A stretch of DNA of 64,000 nucleotides from an uncultured Desulfobacter sp. (lineage in GTDB: Bacteria > Desulfobacterota > Desulfobacteria > Desulfobacterales > Desulfobacteraceae): positions 384,001-448,000 of the forward strand of contig OY762069.1 of NCBI GenBank assembly GCA_963665095.1. Reading direction: 5' to 3'. The translations under genes and the position numbers were made by a program. Shown piece after piece: positions 1-9,947 of this stretch; position 1 is the first letter of the stretch, and each line of letters starts with the position of its first letter. Under the pieces are notes generated by a model. The model saw nothing but the letters and a program-made list of their open reading frames with translations, did no database searches and was not told the DNA's origin.

Positions 1-360
1 CTTTGTTTGGCTTGATCACAAACCAACCGTTCTGCAGTTTTCCAATAATTCTTTTGAGCAAGTCATGTACCATGATGTAAATGTTCTTTTTTTTAGCGGA
101 TTGCCTGCTGTAGAGATGGCAATTTTTGGGGAACGGGTTACCAAACATTCATGCCCGGGTTACCAATTGTGCCTGTCCATATTCCTCCGGAAAGATTGTA
201 CGATGCCATGGCCGCCTGATGCAGTTTTTGTAACCTGGATGTAACTGGGGATGAATTTTTTGTAACCCGGGGACTTGCTGCGTTAGTATTTCGCAGCAGT
301 TGACGCCTTAAAGAGTTTAAAAAAAAGACATTATCACTTTCCTTTTGTCCATTTTTTTTA

Positions 361-375
361 TGGCACACATGTTGC
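361..375 (+). promoter_or_regulatory. sigma-54 (RpoN) -24/-12 promoter
   Basis: TGGCAC-ACATG-TTGC matches the TGGCAC-N5-TTGC consensus exactly; about 90 bp upstream of the ORF at 463. Confidence 0.7.
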
Positions 376-462
376 CATCATTGAAAACAGTATGACAACA
401 AAATGAATTGTCTGAACACAAACACGATTTAGACCCTGTAAGGAGGCTGTGATTAAAAGACC

Positions 463-765
463 ATGAAACAAAATGGAACCACCTATTTCAGTGCGGAATT
501 TCAATTGGAGAATCCGGGAATTTATTATCATTTTAAGTTGAGGAAAAATGAGGCAGAACCTCTTTTTGTCCTGATAACAAAGAACTCAAAGGCTGTGTCC
601 AGCCTGAAGCAGGGAGCCCTGGTGCCCATGATTTTTCATTACCAGGATAAAACCATTCCATCGGATCGCAGACACACCCGTATAAAGTATGTACTTGACG
701 GCAACCCCATTGGATTTGCGAATCATTTTATGATTGGGCTGGACATAGACAGAATAGGCGAATAG
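463..765 (+). CDS. small hypothetical protein, possibly a PilZ-like beta-barrel
   Basis: 100-aa ORF; AGGAGG lies upstream but with long spacing; beta-rich pattern ending in HFMIGLDI; family call tentative. Confidence 0.6.
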   Translation: MKQNGTTYFSAEFQLENPGIYYHFKLRKNEAEPLFVLITKNSKAVSSLKQGALVPMIFHYQDKTIPSDRRHTRIKYVLDGNPIGFANHFMIGLDIDRIGE

Positions 766-769
766 CCGG

Positions 770-893
770 TGTTTGGACAAAAAGTTGCCCACCTGCGGCG
801 TTGCTGCGCAAATCTAAAATCCTCACGTACTGAAGTACGCTCCGGCTTTAGCTTTGCTTGTGCCTTGCATCTGGGCAACTTTTTGTCCAAACA
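770..893. repeat. ~124-bp palindromic repeat (MITE/REP/ERIC-like), copy 1
   Basis: Perfect 22-bp terminal inverted repeat TGTTTGGACAAAAAGTTGCCCA; core CGGCGTTG...TGCCTTG; homologous to 11213-11338. Confidence 0.9.
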
Positions 894-902
894 GAAAACC
901 TT

Positions 903-1811
903 TTATTTAAAGATTTGAGACGGATTCAGATCTGATTCCCGTGTGTACCGGATCAGGGCGTCAATGCCCACCAGAGGATAGGATGCATAGGGGAAATTGA
1001 GCAGGAGCGGGCTTGACAGGTCCTGTCCTTTTTGTTCTCTTGTTTCCGTTTCAGGGGCCCGGTGGTTACGGAACCTGCCGGCAAGTTTTATTCCCAGGGC
1101 GTCGAGCTGGTTTTCAATGCGCCGGGTTTCTGCCAGGGAGAGGGTGTCGGTGTTATGAACCGCGTAGCACAGGGCTTTTTGTTCAAAAAAGGCTTTAAGG
1201 ATCTGGTGATCGGATTTGATCTCCATGATCCTTGCCAGTACTTTGTCCTGGGCAATCTCTTTGCCGGCAAATTTGATCTTTTCAATGATCTCTTTTTTTT
1301 TATTAATGTCCCGCCGCAGTTTTTCCAGCTGGTCCACCCAGAGCAAAGACAGCCCGGGCAGGTTGAAGAAACTTAAGGAAAGCGCTGTGGGCGGCATGTC
1401 TGCAATAAGATAATCCCAGCCCCGGTATTTTTTTAAAAGATCTGAAAAGGCGGCTGTCAGCGCATGGGCCTCCATACCCGGTGCAAATTTCAACACATCA
1501 AAATAGTTGGTCAGATTAAACGCGGTCAGGTAGGTGTAGTTGCGTTTGACTTTTTTAGTTACCTCTTTAAGGTAGGAGGCGATCTCCCTGTCCCTGTCCA
1601 CCTGCATCACCTCAAGGCCGGGGAGTACCTGCCTGGGAACATGGGAAAAATCTGACAGAAAAATGTCTGACAGATTGTGGGCATCATCAAAGGAGGCCAG
1701 GGCCACACGCCGGCCTTTGGCGGCCAGGTCCAGGGCGCAAAGCGTGGCGCAGGTGGATTTGCCTGTGCCGCCTTTCCCTAAAAAAAACAGAACATCCGGA
1801 TCAGTGGTCAT
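903..1811 (-). CDS. ArsA/GET3-family ATPase (single domain)
   Basis: Deviant Walker A GKGGTGKST; switch-like DDAHNL and DMPPTA; APGMEA motif. Confidence 0.85.
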   Translation of the reverse strand: MTTDPDVLFFLGKGGTGKSTCATLCALDLAAKGRRVALASFDDAHNLSDIFLSDFSHVPRQVLPGLEVMQVDRDREIASYLKEVTKKVKRNYTYLTAFNLTNYFDVLKFAPGMEAHALTAAFSDLLKKYRGWDYLIADMPPTALSLSFFNLPGLSLLWVDQLEKLRRDINKKKEIIEKIKFAGKEIAQDKVLARIMEIKSDHQILKAFFEQKALCYAVHNTDTLSLAETRRIENQLDALGIKLAGRFRNHRAPETETREQKGQDLSSPLLLNFPYASYPLVGIDALIRYTRESDLNPSQIFK

Positions 1812-2101
1812 GAGATTTCAAATACGCTGAAAAGTCTGGATAACGGTTCATTGGCGGTTTCCACCCGGTCCATCATAAGTATGAGCTCCTTTTCCATATC
1901 CGGCAGAAGGTCCATGCTGATTCTCACCGGCGGGGCAGGCATGCCAATGAACGCCCCCTGGCACAGAATGCCGAAAATGTACTCCATCTCCTCCACCTCG
2001 TCTTCGAGTCTGTCACAGGCCTTGTAACGGGCCACCTCGTCTGCTGTTTTCCAGGCATTGACCAGTCTGTTTTTTATTTTCATCAGCCAGCTCTGATTCA
2101 T
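1808..2101 (-). CDS. small protein of cstA/ArsA-associated loci (cory-CC-star-like)
   Basis: 97 aa with E..EME.IF.IL..G.FIG.P.PP pattern; 4-bp overlaps with both neighbours. Confidence 0.6.
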   Translation of the reverse strand: MNQSWLMKIKNRLVNAWKTADEVARYKACDRLEDEVEEMEYIFGILCQGAFIGMPAPPVRISMDLLPDMEKELILMMDRVETANEPLSRLFSVFEIS

Positions 2102-2559
2102 GAGAGCACCACTTTGAACATGCGGATGTCATGGCAGATCCGTTTCTGGGAAGGGAAATAATAATAAACCCCGTAAAGGGCCATGAGAATAATTCCTCCG
2201 GCGTGGAATTCTGACAGATTGCCGCATACGGCAACAAGGGCCAGATAGGGCGTGATGCAGGGCAGAATAATCAGCCGGCGCTGAAATGCCAGAAATGCGG
2301 TTCCCGGTACCCGGGTGTCTCCCATAACTTTGTGGGCAAACTGGGTCCGGATCATGATTGGCCCTGCAATGGCTGTGACAGCGGCACAGAAAAAAAGAAC
2401 GGCATGCCATACTTTGGGAAGATGCACAAAAAGCGTATCCGGATACAGTCCGGGAAAGTTGCGTAGTGCAAGCAGGCATGCCAGAATTACCGCTGCAGGT
2501 CCTAAAAGCTGCCAGTAAAGTCGTTTTAACGATGATATCAGTTTATGTTTAGAATTCAT
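2098..2559 (-). CDS. hypothetical membrane protein (~4 TM)
   Basis: 153 aa with four hydrophobic segments; overlaps the next gene. Confidence 0.7.
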   Translation of the reverse strand: MNSKHKLISSLKRLYWQLLGPAAVILACLLALRNFPGLYPDTLFVHLPKVWHAVLFFCAAVTAIAGPIMIRTQFAHKVMGDTRVPGTAFLAFQRRLIILPCITPYLALVAVCGNLSEFHAGGIILMALYGVYYYFPSQKRICHDIRMFKVVLS

Positions 2560-2565
2560 TTTGAC

Positions 2566-2595
2566 AAAAACCGGGCAGGAACGGGTCCTGCCCGG
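2566..2595 (-). terminator. intrinsic terminator after cstA
   Basis: 10-bp perfect stem CCGGGCAGGA/TCCTGCCCGG followed by T5 on the minus strand. Confidence 0.7.
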
Positions 2596-2618
2596 AGAGT
2601 ATGGTTATCTGTGTAGTT

Positions 2619-4334
2619 TTAACTGTCGGATTTAACCGTTGCGATTTTAATCAGGCCTTCAATGAAGATCCAGGCAGCCAGAAGAAGGCTGATACCGTTC
2701 ACCACCTGAAGCAGTACATTGTGTTTGGCGCCATACTGGGTCTGGTTCAGGACCAGTGCCCAGATGGTTAAAACCATCATTGCAATGGCGGGAATGCCGG
2801 CCACAAGCCATTTGAGACCGCCTTTGGTTTTAAGGTATGCCGCAATGATAATCAATGCCAGCCCGGCCAGGGTCTGATTGACGGCACCGAACATGGGCCA
2901 CAGTTTGAGGGCGCCTGCGCCGCCGGCACCTGTGGCAAAGGCCAGGGCCAAAGCCGTTGCGACCGCCAGGAAGGTGGCCGTATATTTACCGGTGAGAAAA
3001 TCCATTTTCAGGCCGGAGAACAGCTCTGAAATAATGTAGCGCTGGATACGGGTGGCAGTATCCAGAGTGGTACCGGCAAATGAGGCCACGAAAACACCCA
3101 TGACGGCAATGCACAGGCTGGTGGGAATCCCCATGGTGGCGATCATATTGGCAGACCCGTTGACAAAGGCGCCGATTTTGGAACCAAGGCCGGCTGCTGC
3201 GGCCCAGGATGAATAATGGGTGGTCCAGGCCGCCACGCCGGTCAGTACCTGGCCGTCTTTTGTGGTGTACCCCATACCGATACCGGCGGCCACGGCAACA
3301 ATAACCAGGACGGCAAGCGCGCCTTCCAGAAGCATGGAACCATAGCCAACAAAAAGGGCATCGGTTTCATATCTCACCTGTTTGGCGGAGGTGCCGGATG
3401 ATACCAGGGAGTGGAAACCAGAGATGGCGCCGCAGGCAATGGTGATGAATAGGAACGGCCACATGGGGGGGGCTTTTTCCGGTGTCAGCTGAACCGCAGG
3501 GGCTACGATGTGAAGATCGCCACTGAAGGCGGAAACGAAAACACCGGCAATCAGTAGGGCCATGGCAATGAGCAGCTGGTGGGAGTTGATAAAATCCCGG
3601 GGCTGCAGCAGGGTGGTCACCGGCAGGACAGATGCAATGAAGGCATAGATCAGCAGGATGATACTCCATGTGCCTGTGGCGGGAATTCCTGCAATCACCG
3701 GCATTTTAAAGGGCAGATATATGCCGATGGCCACAGTGACGTACATGAGAACCACCGCGATAATGGACCAGGTCATAATACTTTTGCCCTGTTTATAAAC
3801 CGCATGGCCCAGCCAGACCGCAATGGCAACTTCGCACCATACCGGGAACACGGACTGGGGATACATGCTGAAGACAATGGCAATAACCAGACCGAATACC
3901 GCAATCACAATCCATAGTTCAAGAAATACAATTAAAAAGAAAAAGAACCGGGTCCGGCTGTTGACATATTTGGACGTATAGTCTGCGATGGATTTCCCCT
4001 GGTTTCTCATGGAGATGATCAGCGCGCCGAAATCGTGAACCGCGCCCATGAAAATACTGCCCACAAATACCCAGATAAGCGCGGGGACCCAGCCCCAGAT
4101 AATGGCCACAGCCGGTCCCACAATGGGGCCGGTGCCGGCAATGGAAGTAAAGTGATGACCAAAGATCACCTCTTTTTTGGTGGGCACATAGTCCACCCCG
4201 TCTTCCATCTCTACGGAAGGGACGCCTGCCTCCTGGGTCAGGTTGAATATTTTTTTGCCAATGAACCGGCCGTAAAGGTTGTACATGATAAGATAGCCTG
4301 CAAAGGCCAGTACCATGATTAACAGTGCACCCAT
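2619..4334 (-). CDS. cstA: carbon starvation protein A (peptide/pyruvate transporter)
   Basis: DGVDYVP, GHHFTSIAGTGPIVGP, ITIACGAISGFHSLVSSGT and WPMFGAVNQ motifs. Confidence 0.95.
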   Translation of the reverse strand: MGALLIMVLAFAGYLIMYNLYGRFIGKKIFNLTQEAGVPSVEMEDGVDYVPTKKEVIFGHHFTSIAGTGPIVGPAVAIIWGWVPALIWVFVGSIFMGAVHDFGALIISMRNQGKSIADYTSKYVNSRTRFFFFLIVFLELWIVIAVFGLVIAIVFSMYPQSVFPVWCEVAIAVWLGHAVYKQGKSIMTWSIIAVVLMYVTVAIGIYLPFKMPVIAGIPATGTWSIILLIYAFIASVLPVTTLLQPRDFINSHQLLIAMALLIAGVFVSAFSGDLHIVAPAVQLTPEKAPPMWPFLFITIACGAISGFHSLVSSGTSAKQVRYETDALFVGYGSMLLEGALAVLVIVAVAAGIGMGYTTKDGQVLTGVAAWTTHYSSWAAAAGLGSKIGAFVNGSANMIATMGIPTSLCIAVMGVFVASFAGTTLDTATRIQRYIISELFSGLKMDFLTGKYTATFLAVATALALAFATGAGGAGALKLWPMFGAVNQTLAGLALIIIAAYLKTKGGLKWLVAGIPAIAMMVLTIWALVLNQTQYGAKHNVLLQVVNGISLLLAAWIFIEGLIKIATVKSDS

Positions 4335-4808
4335 TTTTCTTGCCCTCCTTTTTGTTTGCCTGCTTCCGGTGGTTTTTACACGGCACGGGCAGGCAGCTTT
4401 GTTGGAAGACTTCTTTATTTTTGTTTTTTAATAGCCTTGCAGGGGTGCGGGCCTATTTTAATCCCCGGAAAATGGATACCTTCTGAAGATTAAAATGGGC
4501 CCGGGCCTCTGAGGGCCCTTAAAAAAGCAAATCATTTAAGAAATCTTCAAATTATTAAAACATCCTTATCTAAAAAACCGGACAATGACGGAAATATGAG
4601 GGAACTGTGCCCCAAATGCCCTAAATCTTTCCAGTCAAGTTTGACACAGCTTATGGTTGATATGCCTGTACTCATTTTTCGTCCCGGAGCACTGTTTCAA
4701 AGCAGAACCAAAGCCTTTCTTCCGTCATCACCGTTGACGTTGACTATACTCCAATGATATGGGAGGGACAACAAATTTGTTCAAGTTTAGCTATTGTTTG
4801 AGTACATA

Positions 4809-5528
4809 ATGCAACACAACGAAGAATCATATAAATCTTTTGGTATCCTTGAGCGGATTTACGGCCTGTTTGACTCCGCAATGGGGCATTTTGTCTTTGC
4901 CTGCAAAAAGCAGTGTGCCCAGTGCTGCACCTGTAATGTCACAGCCACAGGTCTTGAAGCCGCCTATATTTTCCATCGGCTGGATAAGGCCGCCTGCCAG
5001 GAGATGAAACTCAGGCTTGCCGCCGCCAACGCAAAGAAAAGATATCGGCCAAACTCCAGCACCAATGGCTTTGCCCGGGCCTGCATGGCGGGCAGGGATG
5101 TCGAACAGGAAGAAAATAATCCTGCCTGGGGAGCCTGTCCCATGCTGGAGAACGGGATCTGTACCATCTACCCCGTCAGGCCGTTGGGTTGCCGGGTGAT
5201 GATGTCTGAAACGATTTGCGAACAGACCGGGGCCGCAGATATGCCCGAACTGGCTTTAACCATTACCACGGTGTTCATGCAGTTTGTGGAACATCTGGAT
5301 GCCGGCGGTGTGTACGGCAGTTTTCTTGACCTTCTTGAGGCCTGGCAGAATTACGAAGAGAGCCGGGACCAGGGTATAGATGTTTACACCCGGATGGATT
5401 TGCCTTGCCTGGTAAAAAATGAAAAAATTCCTGCGTTAATGGTTCCCCCGGAACACCGCGGCTCTCTCTCCCCCATTGTTCGGGACCTTGGGGCGATGAT
5501 GGGTGAAAATGACACGGCCGGTGCTTGA
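4809..5528 (+). CDS. YkgJ/FliB-like cysteine-cluster (CxxxCxxCC) protein
   Basis: FACKKQCAQCC and CPML..GICTIYPVRPLGCR; ATG at 4809 preferred over TTG at 4794. Confidence 0.85.
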   Translation: MQHNEESYKSFGILERIYGLFDSAMGHFVFACKKQCAQCCTCNVTATGLEAAYIFHRLDKAACQEMKLRLAAANAKKRYRPNSSTNGFARACMAGRDVEQEENNPAWGACPMLENGICTIYPVRPLGCRVMMSETICEQTGAADMPELALTITTVFMQFVEHLDAGGVYGSFLDLLEAWQNYEESRDQGIDVYTRMDLPCLVKNEKIPALMVPPEHRGSLSPIVRDLGAMMGENDTAGA

Positions 5529-5617
5529 CTTCATTCGGAATAATAGGGTACATCGCAATTTGCATATAACAAACCAATAATTACAGGCTCAACTAAAAGC
5601 AGTGTAAAGGAATACCC

Positions 5618-6301
5618 ATGGCGAAAAATGTGGTAGAAAAAATTGACGATTTGGTAAAGATTAAAACCGTACTGGTCAGTGTTTCCGATAAAAGTGAACT
5701 TGAATCTTTTATGCCGGGACTGCTTGAGGTCAATCCCGATTTGACCATTTTATCCACCGGCGGGACTTATTCAAAGATCAAAGAGATTCTTGGTGCCAAA
5801 GCCGATGCCTGCCTTAGACAGGTGTCTGATTACACTGGCCAGCCCGAAACCCAGGGAGGTCTTGTAAAAACCCTGGACTTTAAGATTTACCTGGGGCTTT
5901 TAACTGAAACCTATAATCCCTCCCACCAGGAAGACCTCAAACGCACAGGCGCCCTTGCCATTGATATGGTGGTGGTCAACCTTTATCCTTTTTCCCAGAC
6001 CATTGCCAAAGCAGATGCCACCCTGGAAAATGCCCGGGGTAACATTGACATTGGCGGGCCCACCATGATCCGGGCATCTGCCAAAAATTTTATCCGGGTG
6101 GCCTCTGTGGTGGACCCCAAATCCTATGCAGGGCTTCTGGACACGCTGAAAAAACAGGACGGGGCTTTGGGGCTTTATGACCGGTATCAACTGGCTTCAA
6201 AGGCCTTTGAACACACTGCAACTTATGACCGGGCCATTGCCGACTATCTGGCGGGAAAAACAGTGGATGCGGTTCAATCCTGCTATAACACGGGAGAATA
6301 G
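5618..6301 (+). CDS. purH: IMP cyclohydrolase (stand-alone PurH N-terminal domain)
   Basis: LVSVSDK, LSTGGT, VKTL, VVVNLYPF, NIDIGGPTMIRASAKNF. Confidence 0.9.
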   Translation: MAKNVVEKIDDLVKIKTVLVSVSDKSELESFMPGLLEVNPDLTILSTGGTYSKIKEILGAKADACLRQVSDYTGQPETQGGLVKTLDFKIYLGLLTETYNPSHQEDLKRTGALAIDMVVVNLYPFSQTIAKADATLENARGNIDIGGPTMIRASAKNFIRVASVVDPKSYAGLLDTLKKQDGALGLYDRYQLASKAFEHTATYDRAIADYLAGKTVDAVQSCYNTGE

Positions 6302-6303
6302 AT

Positions 6304-7554
6304 ATGAGCACTGATCTTAAACAGATGTACAAAACCATCATGGACGACCATTTTACACCGGCTCTGGAGATTTCATTTGTGGACGGAGACAATCGCCAGA
6401 CCCTTTTTTATGAAAAGGTCTCCTGGGTCATTGACGGAGTACAAAAAGGGCTTCGCTATGGGGAGAACCCGGGCCAGGAAGCAGCGCTATACCGTTTGGT
6501 CAACGGCAATTTGGCCCTGGGAGATGCCAAAACCATTGTACCGGGTAAATATCTGGTCTCTGATATAGAGTTGTTACAGTCCGGTAAACATCCGGGAAAA
6601 ACCAATCTTACGGATGCTGATAACGCTTTGAACATTTTAAGATATTTCACAGGTACCCCCTGTGCAGTCATTGTCAAGCACAATAACCCCTGTGGTGCGG
6701 CACGGGCCGACAGTCTGGAGCAGGCCTATGCCAAGGCTTATATGGCTGACCGTGTGGCTGCCTTTGGCGGATGCATCGCCCTGAATCAAGCTGTGGACAA
6801 GGCTACGGCTGAGGGTATTGCCGATCAGTATGCCGAGGTGGTGGTGGCCCCGGAGTTTGAACAGGGTGTTATTGATATTTTAGGCCGTCGCAAAAATCTG
6901 CGGGTGATCCGCATCAACGCCATGGACAAGCTGAACGCCTTTATCGGCGAGCGGGTGGTGGACTTTAAAAGCCTTATGGACGGCGGCCTTGTGGCCCAGT
7001 GGTCCTTTGTGCCCCAGACCCTTAAAAAGCAAGATCTCACCGTCGCCTCCACAGAATATAAAGGCAATACGTATAAAGTGGACCGGGAGCCTACGGAGCA
7101 GGAATACGAGGACATGCTCTTCGGGTGGCTGGTGGAATCCGGCATCACTTCCAACTCCGTGATCTATGTTAAAGACAACTGCACCGTCGGTATCGGTACT
7201 GGTGAGCAGGACCGTGTGGGCGTTGCGGAAATTGCCGTGGACAAAGCCTATAGAAAATTGTGCGACCGTTACAGTTTTGAGCGGTACAACACGGGTTTTG
7301 CCGACCTGACCGACGCGGACAAACGCGCTGAAATTGAAGCGGATGTGGCAAACGAGAAGGGCGGGCTCATTGGTTCCGCCATGATCTCTGATGCCTTTTT
7401 TCCGTTCAGGGACGGCATTGATGTGGGACTGAAACAGGGTGTAAAAGCCGTGATACAGCCCGGCGGCTCCCTGAACGATTACCAGTCCATTGAAGCCTGC
7501 AACGAAAATAACGCCACCATGGTCTATACAGGCCAGAGAAGTTTTAAACATTAA
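6304..7554 (+). CDS. purH: AICAR transformylase (stand-alone PurH C-terminal domain)
   Basis: [36 protein letters not shown]-terminal R.FKH. Confidence 0.9.
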   Translation: MSTDLKQMYKTIMDDHFTPALEISFVDGDNRQTLFYEKVSWVIDGVQKGLRYGENPGQEAALYRLVNGNLALGDAKTIVPGKYLVSDIELLQSGKHPGKTNLTDADNALNILRYFTGTPCAVIVKHNNPCGAARADSLEQAYAKAYMADRVAAFGGCIALNQAVDKATAEGIADQYAEVVVAPEFEQGVIDILGRRKNLRVIRINAMDKLNAFIGERVVDFKSLMDGGLVAQWSFVPQTLKKQDLTVASTEYKGNTYKVDREPTEQEYEDMLFGWLVESGITSNSVIYVKDNCTVGIGTGEQDRVGVAEIAVDKAYRKLCDRYSFERYNTGFADLTDADKRAEIEADVANEKGGLIGSAMISDAFFPFRDGIDVGLKQGVKAVIQPGGSLNDYQSIEACNENNATMVYTGQRSFKH

Positions 7555-7571
7555 TTGGAAAGTATACCCAA

Positions 7572-9869
7572 ATGCCTGATATAATCTATACCATAACTGA
7601 TGAAGCCCCCGCACTTGCCACCCGTTCACTTCTGCCCGTTGTACAGGCATTTGCCAAGGCCGCCGGTGTCAGTGTGGAAACCCGGGATATTTCCCTTGCC
7701 GGAAGAATTTTGGCGGCGTTCCCGGATCGTCTGACTGATGAACAAAAGGCAGGTGATGATTTAGCTGAACTTGGAGAACTGGTTAAAGATCCAAAAGCCA
7801 ATATCATTAAACTGCCCAATATTTCCGCATCCATTCCCCAGCTTAAAGCCGCCATAGCCGAACTTCAGGCCCAGGGATTTGATTTGCCCGGGTATCCTGA
7901 GAAACCCCAAGATGATGCCGATAAAAAGATTCAGTCAACTTATGCCGGTGTTCTTGGCTCTGCGGTAAATCCGGTTTTACGCCAGGGCAATTCAGACCGG
8001 CGGGTGGCCGATGCCGTTAAAGCCTATGCCAGGCAGAATCCCCATACTATGGGCCCGTGGTCAAAGGATTCTAAATCCCATGTGGCCCATATGACAGAAG
8101 GGGATTTTTTCGGCAGTGAAAAATCAGCAGTTATGGAAAAAGCTGTCAGTGTGAATATCGATTTTACGGATGGTTCGGGCAATACACGGCGGTTGAAGGA
8201 ACATTTAAACCTTGTTGCCGGCGAAGTGATTGATGTCTCTGTAATGAGTATTAACGCGTTAAGGGCGTTTCTTGAGACGGCCATGACAGCAGCTGCAGAA
8301 CAGGGCCTGCTTTTGTCTTTGCATCTGAAAGCCACGATGATGAAGGTGTCTGACCCCTATATGTTCGGCCAGGCTGTATCTGTTTATTTTAAAGATGTGT
8401 TTGAAAAGCATGAGACACTGTTTGCTCAGATGGGCGTAAATCCGGCCGGTGGTCTTGGAGAGCTGTATGCAAAGCTTGAACCCCTTTCAAAAGAGCTGCG
8501 CGATGAGATACGGGCCGATATTGATGCGGTATACAAAAAACGCCCCGCCCTAGCCATGGTGGATTCAGATAAAGGCATTACCAATCTGCATGTGCCAAGT
8601 GATGTGATTGTGGATGCCTCCATGCCGGCGTGTCTGAGGGCTTCCGGCAAAATGTGGGGACCAAATGGAGAACTTCACGATACCTGTGCCGTGATTCCGG
8701 ATCGCTGCTATGCAGGCATCTATCAGCAGGTGTTTGAGGACTGCAGGACCAACGGCGCCTTTGATGTCCCTACCATGGGTACGGTGTCAAATGTGGGGCT
8801 CATGGCCAAAAAAGCTGAAGAATACGGCTCCCATGATAAAACGTTTATCATGGATGCCAGCGGAAAGGTCGTCGTCAGCGATGACACCGGAAAAATTATT
8901 TTTGAAAACAGCGTTGAAAAAGGCGATATCTGGCGCATGTGCCAGACAAAAGATGAGGCCATCCGGGACTGGGTGGGCTTAGGCGTAAAGCGGGCCCGGA
9001 CCACAGGGCAGCCGGCCGTGTTCTGGCTGGATGAAAATCGCGGCCACGATGGGGAACTTGTTAAAAAGGTCAATCTGTACCTGAAAGACCATGACACAAA
9101 TGGGCTTTCCATCTCTATTCTGTCTCCCAAAGATGCCATTGACTTCACACTGGAACGTATCCGCAAGGGGCTTGACACCATATCTGTCACCGGCAATGTC
9201 CTGCGTGACTACCTGACCGATCTTTTTCCCATCATGGAGCTTGGCACCTCTGCCAAAATGCTTTCCATTGTCCCTTTGCTTGCAGGGGGAGGTCTGTTTG
9301 AAACAGGCGCCGGGGGATCGGCACCCAAGCATGTCCAGCAGTTTATAAAGGAGAACCACCTGCGCTGGGATTCGTTAGGGGAGTTTCTGGCCCTGGCGGC
9401 CTCCCTGGAAGATCTGGCAGCCAAGAAAAATGATGCCAGGATCAGGGTACTGTCCAAAACCATGGATCAGGCCAATACCCGTTTTTTAATGGAAAACCGG
9501 TCCCCGTCAAGGAAAGTGGGCGAACTCGACAACCGGGGCAGCCATTTTTATCTGACCCTGTATTGGGCAGAAGCACTGGCAGACCAGGATGAGGATCGCG
9601 CCCTAAAAGATATTTTCCAGCCTGTGGCCCAATCCCTGGGCCAGGAAAAAGAGACGATTCTTGAACAATTGCTGGCGATTCAGGGAAAATCCATGGATGT
9701 GGGCGGTTACTACCATCCTGATGAAGCGCGCCTGGAACAGGCCATGCGTCCGTCACCTGTGTTTAATAAAATCCTTACAATGCTTGAAAAAAGTATTATC
9801 AGCCAGTCTGACTGGTCACCAGGGGGCAACAACAAGGGGAAAAAGGACAAATCTCTCCCCCCTTTTTAG
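7572..9869 (+). CDS. icd: monomeric NADP-dependent isocitrate dehydrogenase
   Basis: [62 protein letters not shown]. Confidence 0.97.
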   Translation: MPDIIYTITDEAPALATRSLLPVVQAFAKAAGVSVETRDISLAGRILAAFPDRLTDEQKAGDDLAELGELVKDPKANIIKLPNISASIPQLKAAIAELQAQGFDLPGYPEKPQDDADKKIQSTYAGVLGSAVNPVLRQGNSDRRVADAVKAYARQNPHTMGPWSKDSKSHVAHMTEGDFFGSEKSAVMEKAVSVNIDFTDGSGNTRRLKEHLNLVAGEVIDVSVMSINALRAFLETAMTAAAEQGLLLSLHLKATMMKVSDPYMFGQAVSVYFKDVFEKHETLFAQMGVNPAGGLGELYAKLEPLSKELRDEIRADIDAVYKKRPALAMVDSDKGITNLHVPSDVIVDASMPACLRASGKMWGPNGELHDTCAVIPDRCYAGIYQQVFEDCRTNGAFDVPTMGTVSNVGLMAKKAEEYGSHDKTFIMDASGKVVVSDDTGKIIFENSVEKGDIWRMCQTKDEAIRDWVGLGVKRARTTGQPAVFWLDENRGHDGELVKKVNLYLKDHDTNGLSISILSPKDAIDFTLERIRKGLDTISVTGNVLRDYLTDLFPIMELGTSAKMLSIVPLLAGGGLFETGAGGSAPKHVQQFIKENHLRWDSLGEFLALAASLEDLAAKKNDARIRVLSKTMDQANTRFLMENRSPSRKVGELDNRGSHFYLTLYWAEALADQDEDRALKDIFQPVAQSLGQEKETILEQLLAIQGKSMDVGGYYHPDEARLEQAMRPSPVFNKILTMLEKSIISQSDWSPGGNNKGKKDKSLPPF

Positions 9870-9921
9870 GAAAGTCAGAAAAAGAAGGGGGCAAGTACGA
9901 CCTTGCCCCCTTTTGTTGTTA
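9826..9921. repeat. imperfect ~95-bp palindrome between convergent genes, possible bidirectional terminator
   Basis: AACAACAAGGGG..AAGG pairs with CCTTGCCCC..TTGTTGTT; inner CCCCCTTTTT pairs imperfectly with AAAAAGAAGGGGG. Confidence 0.5.
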
Positions 9922-9947
9922 TTGATCCGTCTTTGTGCGTGGTCTGT

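Noticed and set aside
1..360. Coding sequence at the window start
   Set aside because: Open frames exist on both strands but none resembles a known protein; cannot be resolved without upstream sequence
903..1811. Arsenic-resistance operon
   Set aside because: Single-domain ATPase with no arsB/acr3, arsC, arsD or arsR nearby
6880..7650. 256-aa minus-strand ORF, and similar long ORFs at 9903-10637 and 24147-24932
   Set aside because: Antisense shadows of well-supported genes, with no motifs of their own
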